A stretch of 64,000 nt of DNA. Source: Mizuhopecten yessoensis. Taxonomy: Eukaryota. The notes below the pieces were generated by a model. That model did not search any database. It saw only the letters and a program-made list of their open reading frames with translations, and was not told the DNA's origin. The DNA lies in NCBI RefSeq assembly GCF_002113885.1, contig NW_018408683.1:242144-306143 (forward strand). Direction: 5' to 3'. The position numbers and the translations under genes were made by a program. Of this stretch, positions 1 to 13,500 are shown one piece after another (positions within the stretch are counted from its first letter, which is position 1; each line of letters begins with the position of its first letter).

Positions 1-344
1 TCTGTCTCACACCTTACATTGGTTTAAACTTGTTAGTCTTAGTTAACCAACTGAACTATTTTTTTCCTGGGACTCGTGTTTTGACACCTAGTTTTCTTAG
101 CTCACTTGGTACAAAGAACCTAGATGATCTTAACTTGTACCCTGGTGTCTGTTGTATGTCCATTTATCAACAATTTTTTGAAACAACAGAATTTTAACAA
201 CAGAATTTTACCAAATTACTTTGAAACATCTTTCAGTGAGGGGGATTCAAAAATGTACAAATGATGGAGTGGTGGACTCCTTTTTTGGGGAGGAGGGCCT
301 GAGGGACAGGACCAAACACAGTCCCTTGAAAAAATTTAAGTTCC

Positions 345-600
345 CCATACCTTCAGTGTGGCATTTCAGTGAGATAGCACTATAAAGTCGGCATCAGATC
401 TGCACTATCACATGGAGACAAGCACACCAACATATCCTGTCTCCTCGAGTGGAATGCTGTGCTGGGTGCCTTTGTCATGGTATTTCAGTTAGATAGCACT
501 ATACCCTGTCTCCTGCATACACACACGCAAGCACACATACACTACACACACAGAGGCACGTCTTTAAGATATACTACCAGGATTAGCCACCATTATTAGG
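345..600 (+). mobile_element. Degenerate SINE-like fragment with an internal duplication
   Basis: ATTTCAGT(G/T)AGATAGCACTATA occurs twice, followed by a (CA)n-like tract; a related inverted fragment with a (TTGA)n tail lies at ~20085-20360. Confidence 0.4.
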
Positions 601-3600
601 TCTGCCTCTGCTCTTGTAAACATTGTTCCTTGGTTATTACATAGAAACAATTGAGGTTCCCACCCTATAACTATATATTGTACATACATATGCTTCCAAG
701 ATTTGCCCCTGCAACTAGTCAAAGGTCATAACACCGAAATTGTTGAGATCCCAACCCTGGGGACTTAGTCATTTGGTCAAAACATTGAACAAGTTGAGAT
801 CACCATGCTGTATTCTGAAGCATTGTTGAAGACTTATTTGCCTTAAAACCTTTAATGGAAAGTTTCCTGATTTTTTTTTATATCCATGTGAGTGATATGA
901 GCCATCTGGGCCTTTTCCTGTAATGATTCTCAAAATAATGCAGATGGGGTTCCATTGCATGATGAAACAGTGCCATATTTAGGAATAATCAATATTAATG
1001 GACTTTTTATCAGTTTTTTTCTTGATGTACAAATGAAATTGTTAAGTGAGAAAGGTGTTCTATTGGTAGCCTTCACTTGGTATTATTTGTTGATAGCCGA
1101 AACGAGTTTTAACTCCGTTATGGTAAAGCTGCCTGTGTATGGATGGGAAATGATCTTATAAGTCAATAAACACAGGAACTACCTGTTGATTATAGGAATA
1201 AAATAGAGTACTTTCTGTACCATTTGAGCTGCCTGGTAACATGTGCCATAGTAAGAATGTTTGTAAAGGGAGATAATTCAGTATTGTTCCACACTTAGTA
1301 TTGGCGCAGGTTTCAATTCTTTCTCCCAGTCGGCATTGCATGTAATGTCATTGACTGGAGTAATTTCTGGTGTATCGTGTAACGTCATTGACTGGAGTAA
1401 TTTCTGGTGTATCATGTAACCAATGTATAGGTGATGATATTGTAGTGAATTTTGTTTTGTATTTTGGAGTACATTTTGTATTGTCATGGATTTTTAAAGG
1501 AAAGCAAGAAGCATTGATACATTAACATGGCATCCCAATTATTTGTCTAAATACCAAAAAATGTGTTTTTAGCAAATAAGATAATGTATAGTATAGAATT
1601 TCATTAAATGTGCTAGTTTAAATAAATCAAAAAAACAATATATCACCTTTCTCGTAGGTCCGACATCTTTGGAAAGCTTGCAGTTTGTTTTGATGCCACT
1701 TCACCTTGGATCAGATCTATCTGTGACATGTATGTAGTCACACTTCTATACCACGACATTAACTGTATAATCTATTATTGACCAACATGACTGCTGTGCC
1801 TAGATAGTGTCGACAACATTATCCTCAGTCTTAACCCAACCTACAGGTTTGTCACATTTGAAGGGCAATTTAGAGTTTTAGTGCCCATGAGCTTCTAAAT
1901 TATGCTAAAATGCAGTTTTTCAGTCTGCCTAGTAACAATTTTTGTTCACTAGCACAGAATCCCAATGCCTAGTCATGTTATTGGTCTGTAGCTTTCTGTG
2001 GTAAAGAACTACAAATTGTGTTGGAAATATGACTTTGACCCTCATCCATGGTTATTGGTAAGATCATGGGTCTGTCAGATGGGTTAAAACTTTAAATGAT
2101 TTAATGCATGCAATGAGATTAAAGATTGTAGTCATGATATATGTCTTGAAGCTTGCTCGGTAAGATAGCAGTATATCAATGTATAGCTATGAAAGTGACC
2201 CATTTGCAAGGTACAATGTCAAATGTTTAAAATATTAATTGAATGACTTATGCAGAGCTTTGAGACCATCTTTTATGATGGGATGTGAGAATGTATTGCC
2301 GTTGAATATAGTTTTTAGTGATGAATTGCCTCTCAATAGATGAAAACAAACGCTTTACTGTGTTTCAGTATTATATCTCTACTGTAGAGTTGACAACAAA
2401 ACATTATATATGTATCCCTCCTTTTCACATGATATTGTATACATGTACATGCAGTATTTGTTTACTAATAATTGTGATAACCCTTTTAAAAATATGAACA
2501 AATTGACCAGTTTTTGCAATACAAGCTTAGGTCAAGATGTTATCTATGAATCAAATTTCTAATGAGATTACAATTAAATGAATTTGATTGAGTTTCTCTA
2601 TCTGATTGCCCATCAATTCAGCTTTATATTATGTTAAAAGACAGTACTTGATTGTTATCACTCCTAATTCTTGTAGACCTCAGAATCTTTGCAAAGAAAT
2701 TTGGCAGACGTTTTTTTCCTGAAGACTTGTAAATCACCTCTGGATCTACCCCAGTTAAACACCTGAAATACAAGTATATTTTCAGCACAGTTTACAGTTT
2801 TGTATACATTTTTGGATCAATTTTTTCAAATGAGAACATTCCTTTAGAAAATTGAGTTTCATATAAATTTTGAATATCAAATTCAACACTATTTATCATA
2901 AGAAACATGCCCTATCAAAGGTTGGTTGTGATGTACTCGATATAGTACTCCATCATTTTCATTACATATTGTCAAATTTAACCATAATAAAGTGAGAAAT
3001 GTCTTTTTTTGAGAGATTTAATCTCCAATCTGTGTGTTATGATGTTCAGTACACTTAAGATCCAAGCGTTACTTTTTTGTTGATGATAATATTCGTCCTC
3101 GTTATATTTAGAAAGAGTCTTATTATTCCACATATCATAAACAACGAGACTAATTACTGTGTACATGATATTACTCTTGAGACATTCTATTTATCCCTTT
3201 ATCACAGAGAATCTAAATTCTTCCCTTATCCTAGACAACATGGCAGTCAAATTACTCCCCTTTAATACGACCAGAAGTCCCATTACGATCTGTAGCAGGC
3301 CTGTAATCACATGATTAAAACCCTGAACAATCAAAGCACCTATCTGATTATGTCTCCATTTCTGAGTAATTGCCTCCCCTGTCAGTTGGATTTCCTAACC
3401 ATTCCCTAATTGATGTAATAACTTCCCCTGACCCGTGTAATTACATGGAGGTAAATAGATTTTTACATTCATCCAGTAACTTAGAGTGATGGTGCACACT
3501 TGCAGTAAATTGTAGTTGTACATTTATGTACAAACCCAATCATAACTTTTTTGTACTTTTCCTGTATTTGCATTAGGTATTCATTAAAAAGTTGACTGGT

Positions 3601-4656
3601 GTAAAATTTTACATTTTGTATTAAAAATCAATGAAGTCTATGAATGCATTTGCCAATTTTAATTTTTACAATTCATATATGGTACCGGTTAGTGAATGAA
3701 AATGATCATCAAATTAAAACAATTATATCTTTTGAATCAAATAAGTCACTGTGTTTCATGATTGTTATTAGTTGTAATTTTGATAATATTTTACATCCGC
3801 ATTTACAGCTGTATCTTGCAAGAGTTGAGTTTATCAGGGTTGTTAAGATCCTACTGCCAAGCCTTAGTGATCCAGCCAGCACTGCTTGCAGCCAAAATAG
3901 ACAAATTATTAACACCTCATGTTGTACTCTAAGACACTGGGTGGCGACAGGTGAGTTGTCTGAAGGAGTGGTGGCAGGAATAACAAGGCTCCAGTACATG
4001 TTATTATTTCAAGTGTTTTTATGCTGTCTTTAGTGTGTCATTTATGTACATAATTCACCCTTTTTTCAATTTACTGCAAATATATACACTTGTAGTGTCA
4101 TTATACATGTTTTCATTAGCTTTTATTTTGTTGTCGATTTTTTACACCTTACATATTATGACACTATATTGAACTCTGTTGTTTTACACTCACTGTTGAT
4201 GCTTGTAGATGTTGTATGTATCTCTACACTAGGTAATTCTGCAATAAACTGAAATTGTTTTCATTTTTACTGACTTTTTTTTATCAAAGACCAAACTCCC
4301 AACATCAAAGATGACTGCCTGGAAGCCATCTTGTTCTTTCAATCAGTCTCAAAAACGAAACCACTTGTTCTTCTGGTCAGTCTCAAAATGAAACGTGAAT
4401 AACTACAAACCAAGGGAAACCTACATATATAATTTGAGAAAGATTCATCTGGTACTTCTTGAGAAATAGCAATTCAGGATGGACCTCGGGTAAAAGGCAA
4501 TTTCAACAGCCCACCCTCTAATGATTGATGAACTTAACATCTTGTTCTTCTGGTCAGTCTCAAAATAAAACAGGAATAATTACAAACCAATTGGAACCTA
4601 CATATGAAATTTTAGATAAAAAATCATCTAATACACATTATATCACATTTTCTTGT

Positions 4657-4662
4657 TTTATT
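4657..4662 (-). terminator. Candidate polyadenylation signal for VPS18
   Basis: First AATAAA noticed on the minus strand downstream of the stop codon, followed by TG-rich sequence. It would imply a ~2.9-kb 3' UTR that includes the 26-bp minisatellite. Confidence 0.35.
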
Positions 4663-5477
4663 ATCAAATAAATAGTATATGACTGTTGCACAATACATAC
4701 ATAAAAAACAATATATCACATCTTCACATTTGACAAACAATTTCTACGATTTTCCTGTCAAATAGGCTCATACAGACATGATTTTCTGATGTCAAACATG
4801 TTCACTCAGAAAATACATGTAATACAGCCAGACAAGAATGGCTGAACATCACATTTACCTTGGAGGACTGTTGGTTGAATCCATCTATTATCTCCCCCAC
4901 TCAAACATGACAAGCTTTCTTACTGACTCCTATACAAAATCTTTGTAAACATCAACATTACTCTCTCTAATATAGCACTAACAGTTTGTGAAGATTATAT
5001 CTTTGCTGTATCTTGTGGCATGAAAAACATAACAGGAAAATAAAAACTTTGTACCTCTAATACTGAATCAATTCAGGGAATCAGCTGTAAGTAGTGTCAC
5101 GCACCAAAAATTTACATCCCACAAATATGTCACAGGAACAAAGCCGTTACGATTAGACCCAGCAAGATTAAAGAGTTATACAGCATATTTTATATCCAGA
5201 ACTTCTCAACGCATCACAGCACCATCCAAGATAACGTGGGTTACTATTTTGATATTCAGCACTATCTACAATATATCCCCACATTAACAAATTGGAGATA
5301 CTACCTCTATATTATAAAGGTGATACCTAGTATCCAGATTGTTATACCATTAATAACAAAATCCTTTTCTTAATCGACACATACTGCTGCATCTAGTATT
5401 CTATGGTCAGAATAATATTTCGAGTAGATCTGTCAGCCATACTGTGTTAAAAGCTACCAATCCCCACCCAAGGTTAT

Positions 5478-7570
5478 AGCCATTCATTACTAGCCGGTAC
5501 TATGGCCATTTGTTACTATCTGTACTATGGCCATTTGTTACTAGCTGGTACTATGTCCATTTGTTACTAGCCGATACTATGTCCATTTGTTACTAGCCGG
5601 TACTATGACCATTTGTTACTAGCCGCCACTATGACCATTTGTTCCTAGCCGGTACTATGACCATTTGTTACTAGCCGGTACTATGGCCATTTGTTACTAG
5701 CCGCCACTATGGCCATTTGTTACTAGCCGGTACTATGGCCATTTGTTACTAGCCGCCACTATGGTCTTTTGTTACTAGCTGTACTATGGCCATTTGTTAC
5801 TAGCCGGTACTATGACAATTTGTTACTAGTCGTTACTATGGCCATTTGTTACTAGCTTGGTATGTCCATTTGTTACTAGCCGGTACTAAGGCCATTTGTT
5901 ACTAGCCGGTACGTACTATGACCATTTGTTACTAGCCGATACTATGTCCATTTGTTACTAGCCGGTAATATGGCCTTTTGTTACTATCTGTACTTTGGCC
6001 ATTTGTTACTAGCAGGCACTATGACCATTTGTTACTAGCCGGTACTATGGCCATTTGTTACTAGTTGTACTATGGCTTTTAGTTACTAGCCGGTACTATG
6101 GCCATTTGTTATTAGTTGTACTATGGCCTTTAGTTACTAGCCTGTACTATGACCATTTGTTACTAGCCGGTAATATGACCATTTGTTACTAGCCGGTACT
6201 AAGACCATTTGTTACTAGCCGGTACGTACTATGACCATTTGTTACTAGCCGAAACTATGGCCATTTGTTACTAGCCGGTACTATGCCCATTTGTTCCTAG
6301 CCGGTACTATGGCCATTTGTTACTAGCAGGTACTATGACCATGTGTTACTAGTCGCCACTATGACCATTTGTTACTAGCCAGTACTATGACCATTTGTTA
6401 CTAGCCGGTACTCTGGCCATTTGTTACTCGCCGGTACTATGACCATTTGTTACTAGCCGAAACTATGGCCATTTGTTACTAGCCGGTACTATGCCCATTT
6501 GTTCCTAGCCGGTACTATGGCCATTTGTTACTAGCCGCCGCTATGACCATTTGTTAGTAGCCGGTACTATGACCATTTGTTACTAGTCGCGACTTTGACC
6601 ATTTGTTACTAGCCGGTACTATGCCCATTTGTTCCTAGCCGGTACTATGGCCATTTGTTACTAGTTGTACTATGGCTTTTAGTTACTAGCCGGTACTATG
6701 ACCATTTGTTTCTAGCCGGTACTATGACCATTTGTTACTAGTCGCGACTTTGACCATTTGTTACTAGCCGGTACTATGCCCATTTGTTCCTAGCCGGTAC
6801 TAAGGCCTTTTGTTACTAGCCGGTACGTACTATGACCATTTGTTACTAGCTGATACTATTTCCATTTGTTACTAGCCGGTAATATGGCCTTTTTTTACTA
6901 TCTGTACTTTGGCCATTTGTTACTAGCAGGCACTATGCCCATTTGTTACTAGCCGGTACTCTGGCCATTTGTTACTCGCCGGTACTATGACCATTTGTTA
7001 CTAGTCGCGACTTTGACCATTTGTTACTAGCCGGTACTATGACCCTTTGTTACTAGCCGGTACTATGACCATTTGTACTAGTTTTACTATGGCCTTTAGT
7101 TACTAGCCGGTACTAAGGCCATTTGTTACTAGCCGGTACTATGCCCATTTGTTCCTAGCCGGTACTATGGCCATTTGTTACTAGTTGTATTATGGCCTTT
7201 AGTTACTAGCCGGTACTATGGCCATTTGTTATTAGTTGTACTATGGCCTTTAGTTACTAGCCGGTACTATGACCATCAACTCCTAGTTGAGGTATTAGCC
7301 ATCTGTTACAAGATGAGGTTATAACCATTCATTATAAACCGAGGTTATAACCATCCATTATTAGCCAATACAATTGTCATCCGTTCCTTGCCAAGGTTGT
7401 AGCCATCCATTACTAAGGTCACAGCCTTCCGTTACAAGCCGAGTTTCTAGCCATCCATTATTAGACAAAGTTACAGCCATCTGCTGCTAACGGAGGTTAT
7501 AGCCATCCTTTTCTAGCCGATACTATAACACTTGTGACTAGCTAAGGTTATAGCCATCCATTACTAGCCA
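5478..7570. repeat. 26-bp minisatellite array (~80 units) starting at the VPS18 stop codon
   Basis: Unit GCCATTTGTTACTAGCCGGTACTATG. Degenerate units at 7280-7570 grade into the last codons of VPS18. Confidence 0.95.
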
Positions 7571-10500
7571 GGTCCTCTTCCTCCTCCTCGATAAACAGCT
7601 TTTCCACAGACCTACACAGGGAAACAAAGGGGAGTAAAAACCACACAATCTATACATTTTTATATATAAATAAAATAAAACGCTGAAGACTAAATTTCGC
7701 AATTACTTTTGCCCATCTTGGGGCTCTTCAGGCGATTTTTTTTTTATATATATAAATGTATAAATAGAAGCTTTCTTTCTGAACCATAGAGTTTGGTTGA
7801 TTTACAGCCTCAAGCTCTACACCCAATGTTGCTTTCCACAAATAATTTGAACTAATGTGTAAATTTAGATTATTGATAACATCAAGGCATTTCACAAAAA
7901 CGTTTTACTGTACACATTAAGTAATTACATACCTTAACATCCAGTAAGTTGACAGAGTAATGTGAAGACAATACAATCTACATAGTGTCTGTACTCACCT
8001 CACCATCAAATCTCCACAGTAGATACACTCAGAGGCCACCAAATCATCCAACGCAGCCTGGCCAAAATAAAAGACATTAGTTATCATCCTCACTTTAAAA
8101 CCTACCCTAAAAGAAGGTCAGAGTTGGTCAACTATCACCCTAATCTCAATAAGATGATCAATTAACAATCACTCAGAGAGCTAATAATGTTTTGAATTTT
8201 TATCTTGAACATGGCTTCTTAGAATGATTTCCATTTCTTTGATAGTATGACCTTGACCTTGGTGACTACATACAGGTATATCATGAAGTTCTATGTCCCT
8301 GACCTGATATCCATTATACTGACATTATGACATTGACCTTGGTATCTAGATATGTCATGAAGTTCTATGTCCCTGACCTGATATCCATTATACTGACATT
8401 ATGACATTGACCTTGGTATCTAGATATGTCATGAAGTTCTATGTCCCTGACCTGATATCCATTATACTGACATTATGACCTTGACCTTGGTATCTAGATA
8501 TGTCATGAAGTCCTATGTCCCTGACCTGATATCAATTATACTGACATTATGACCTTGACCTTGGTGACTAGATATATCACAAAGTCCCATGTCCCTACCC
8601 TGATACCCATTATACTGAGGTTATGATCCTGACCGTGGTGACTAGATATGTCATGAAGTCCTATGCCCCTACCCTGACAGTCATTATACTGACATTATGA
8701 CCTTGACATTGAATAAGAGACGTATTACTTGGTTGTATTTCCCTTTACCTTGATCTCCATTATTTTTAGGTTGGGACCTTGCCCTTGGCGACTAGACATA
8801 TTATGTGGTCCTACGTCGTCGTGCTCTGCCAACTTTCTCTGTAAGTCTTCCACATGTGATCGCTTCTTGTTTGATAAATTAGGTACAACCTGACAAACAG
8901 ACAATACCAATTATTTAATGAGATTAAACACATCAAGTCAACAGAATTCATGTGTCTGATATTTCAAGAATACCTTACAGTGCTCTCATTTTGCAGGACC
9001 AAACTCTTATAGCATCAAACTGGAACCAAACTCACTTCCCTTATTAAGCACTCAGATTTACAAAATTGTCTGCATTATTAATTTTTTAGAATTGATGGAC
9101 TTATTTCTTCGATTGTAAAGACTTACCTCCCCAGATTTACAAAATTGTCTGCATTATTAATTTTTTAGAATTGATGGACTTATTTCTACGATTGTAAAGA
9201 CTTACCTCCCCTATTAAGCAGTCGGAGTGAAATTTATGTTGACATGGAAACAGGTAAAATCCACGGGTCATCAGAGGGAAACCACAGGCAGCACATTTGT
9301 CCACTGACTTCACAAATGCAAACCTGTAAGGTGTTATATTTGGGAAATATGTTGCATTGCCAGATATGACTTTCACATGTACAAAGCTAAAAATGCTGCT
9401 ACATCATTCTACAGTATATAGATTTGTATATTTGTATCTGGTACTCATCAACAGTTGCTCAATTCTGCTTTCTGTTGGTGTGCTTCTCAGGCTATGTGTT
9501 AATCTGTCTAAAATGTATTGATGTTACTTTTTGTTGGATATCTATGTAAAAACATAGATAAAAAGAACATGTAATTAAAATATAAAATACGTTCTTACTT
9601 GTTGCGAAAGCCCTGAATTTCCTTCCTGATCTCCTCTGCACTACCTGTCGCCTCGTCCATCTCCTCCTTGAGAGCTTCTATATGTTGGTTATACTCCTTC
9701 AGTGAGGTGATGATGGCATCCTGTCAAATCAATACCATTATTTAGTGCCCTCGATATTTCCTCATCACTAATTTCTCTCTGAGCTACACAAGTGTAAGCC
9801 TGGTCATACTGTAAACTGTAGACGAAAGCTACTCTTGGTTATATACCACCATGTTTTTCTAATGTAGATACTCACTTGCATCTTAAACAGAAATCCAAAT
9901 AGTTTTACAACTGGCTTTGACTGAGATTGGTTATGGTAGCCAACTTGTTACAAGGTTGGTCAAAGTAGCCTATTTGCTGAAGGATTGGTTACAATAGCCT
10001 ACTAGTTACTGGATTGGTCATGATAGCATACTAGTTACAAGCCTAGGATAGTATGATGGTCTGCTTCCTACTAGAAAGGAAGTGGTAGCCAACTTGTTAA
10101 ATGGTAGTGTTAGATACTACCATAGGTTGTTTCCACCTTACTTTAATGTTTGTAAGAATTGCTCCACTGTTTAGAAATGAATTAAAGCTACACTGTGAAA
10201 CGAGAGATCTTATAGCCTGCATACCTTGAAGTGGTCAATGGTGACAAAGTCAGGAAAAAATGGCAGGATGTCTTCTATTTTGAGGAGGTCACAATCATGG
10301 AGGAACTCCATTGCTCTCTTGACATCTTTCTCCTCCTCCACCACATGTCGGGCTATAAATAGACCAGGTTCAGACCATTCATGTTAATAGCTAGTGGGAA
10401 CATGTCTGGCTATAAATAGACCAGGATCAGACAATTCATGTTAAGAGCTGGTGGGAACATGTCGGGCTATAAATAAACCAGGATCAGACAATTCATGTTA

Positions 10501-13500
10501 AGAGTTGGTGGGAACATGGGCTATAAATAGACCAGGATCAGACAATTCATATTAATAGCTAGGGGGAACATGTTGGGCTATAAATAGACCAGGATCAGAT
10601 AATTCATGTTAAGAGTTGGTGGGAACATGGGCTATAAATAGACCAGGATCAGACAATTCATATTAATAGCTAGGGGGAACATGTCAGGCTATAAATAGAC
10701 CATGATCAGAAAATTCATGTTAATAGCTAGGGGGAACATGTTGGGCTACAAATAGACCATAATCAGACAATCCATGTTAAGAGTTTGTGGGAACATGTTG
10801 GGCTATATAGACCACGATCAGACAATTCATGTTAAGAGTTGGTGGGAACATGTCGGGCTATAAATAGACCATGATCAGACAATTCATATTAAGAGTTAGT
10901 GCAAGTTGGGCTATAAATAGACCATAACCAGACAATTCATGTTAATAGCTGATGAGAACATGTCATGCAATAAATAAACCACGATCAGACAATTCATGTT
11001 AAGAGCTGGTGGGAACATGTCGGGCTATAAATAGACCAGGATCAGACCATTCATGTTAATGGCTAGGGGGAACATGTCGGGCTATAAATAGACCAGGATC
11101 AGACAATTCATGTTAATAGCTGGTGGGAACATGTCGGGCTATAAATAGACCAGAATCAATTCATGTTAATAGCTAGGGGGAACATGTCGGGCTATAAATA
11201 GACCAGGATCAGACAATTCATGTTAATAGCTGGTGGGAACATGTCGGGCTATAAATAGACCAGGATCAGACAATTCATGTTAAGAGTTGGTGGGAACATG
11301 GGCTATAAATAGACCAGGATCAGACAATTCATATTAATAGCTAGGGGGAACATGTCAGGCTATAAATAGACCATGATCAGAAAATTCATGTTAATAGCTA
11401 GGGGGAACATGTTGGGCTACAAATAGACCATAATCAGACAATCCATGTTAAGAGTTTGTGGGAACATGTTGGGCTATATAGACCACGATCAGACAATTCA
11501 TGTTAAGAGTTGGTGGGAACATGTCGGGCTATAAATAGACCATGATCAGACAATTCATATTAAGAGTTAGTGCAAGTTGGGCTATAAATAGACCATAACC
11601 AGACAATTCATGTTAATAGCTGATGAGAACATGTCATGCAATAAATAAACCACGATCAGACAATTCATGTTAAGAGCTGGTGGGAACATGTCGGGCTATA
11701 AATAGACCAGGATCAGACCATTCATGTTAATGGCTAGGGGGAACATGTCGGGCTATAAATAGACCAGGATCAGACAATTCATGTTAATAGCTGGTGGGAA
11801 CATGTCGGGCTATAAATAGACCAGAATCAATTCATGTTAATAGCTAGGGGGAACATGTCGGGCTATAAATAGACCAGGATCAGACAATTCATGTTAATAG
11901 CTGGTGGGAACATGTCGGGCTATAAATAGACCAGGATCAGACAATTCATGTTAAGAGTTGGTGGGAACATGGGCTATAAATAGACCAGGATCAGACAATT
12001 CATATTAATAGCTAGGGGGAACATGTCAGGCTATAAATAGACCATGATCAGAAAATTCATGTTAATAGCTAGGGGGAACATGTTGGGCTACAAATAGACC
12101 ATAATCAGACAATCCATGTTAAGAGTTTGTGGGAACATGTTGGGCTATATAGACCACGATCAGACAATTCATGTTAAGAGTTGGTGGGAACATGTCGGGC
12201 TATAAATAGACCATGATCAGACAATTCATATTAAGAGTTAGTGCAAGTTGGGCTATAAATAGACCATAACCAGACAATTCATGTTAATAGCTGATGAGAA
12301 CATGTCATGCAATAAATAAACCACGATCAGACAATTCATGTTAAGAGCTGGTGGGAACATGTCGGGCTATAAATAGACCAGGATCAGACCATTCATGTTA
12401 ATGGCTAGGGGGAACATGTCGGGCTATAAATAGACCAGGATCAGACAATTCATGTTAATAGCTGGTGGGAACATGTCGGGCTATAAATAGACCAGAATCA
12501 ATTCATGTTAATAGCTAGGGGGAACATGTCGGGCTATAAATAGACCAGGATCAGACAATTCATGTTAATAGCTGGTGGGAACATGTCGGGCTATAAATAA
12601 ACCAGGATCAGACAATTCATGTTAAGAGTTGGTGGGAACATGGGCTATAAATAGACCAGGATCAGACAATTCATATTAATAGCTAGGGGGAACATGTCAG
12701 GCTATAAATAGACCATGATCAGAAAATTCATGTTAATAGCTAGGGGGAACATGTTGGGCTACAAATAGACCATAATCAGGCAATCCATGTTAAGAGTTTG
12801 TGGGAACATGTTGGGCTATATAGACCACGATCAGACAATTCATGTTAAGAGTTGGTGGGAACATGTCGGGCTATAAATAGACCATGATCAGACAATTCAT
12901 ATTAAGAGTTAGTGCAAGTTGGGCTATAAATAGACCATAACCAGACAATTCATGTTAATAGCTGATGAGAACATGTCGTGCAATAAATAAACCATGATCA
13001 GACAATTCATGTTAATAGCTGATGAGAACATGTCGTGCAATAAATAAACCATGATCAGACCATTCATGTTAAGAGTTGGTGCAAGTTGGGCTATAAATAG
13101 ACCATAATCGGTCAATTTATGTTAATAGCTGGTGGGAACATGTAGGGCTATAAATAAATCATGATCACACAATTCTTGTTGCTTATGGAAATTTGTATAT
13201 TGATATATTAATATATTGAACAATTAATTAGAGGTTGCAAAATGTCGTTAAACAATGATCAAGCTAATCACCTTCTGAACAACTGGGCCCAGATCTCTTA
13301 TGCTACACTTTAAACATTACAATCAATGAAAGCCAAATTCCATCGCATTATAAAAAGTTTTATGCTTCATAAACAAGTGAAACCTAGATCAACTGACCTA
13401 TCCTGAGCCAGAGTTTCTTTCGGAGGTCTAAATCATCCTCATCTGGTTTGTCTGCCTGACTTTTGGCCAATTCAACATCCACCTGTAATCAAAACAAAAA

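Noticed and set aside
3644-4033. 129-aa and 96-aa ORFs
   Set aside because: No recognisable motifs; AT-rich and consistent with chance ORFs or decayed repeat.
10351-13155. Repeated TATAAA as an array of TATA-box promoters
   Set aside because: TATAAATAG is simply the reverse complement of the VPS18 acceptor tract CTATTTATAG.
5478-13175. CRISPR-like appearance of regular repeats
   Set aside because: Units are head-to-tail with no unique spacers, there are no cas genes, and the context is a eukaryotic intron or UTR.
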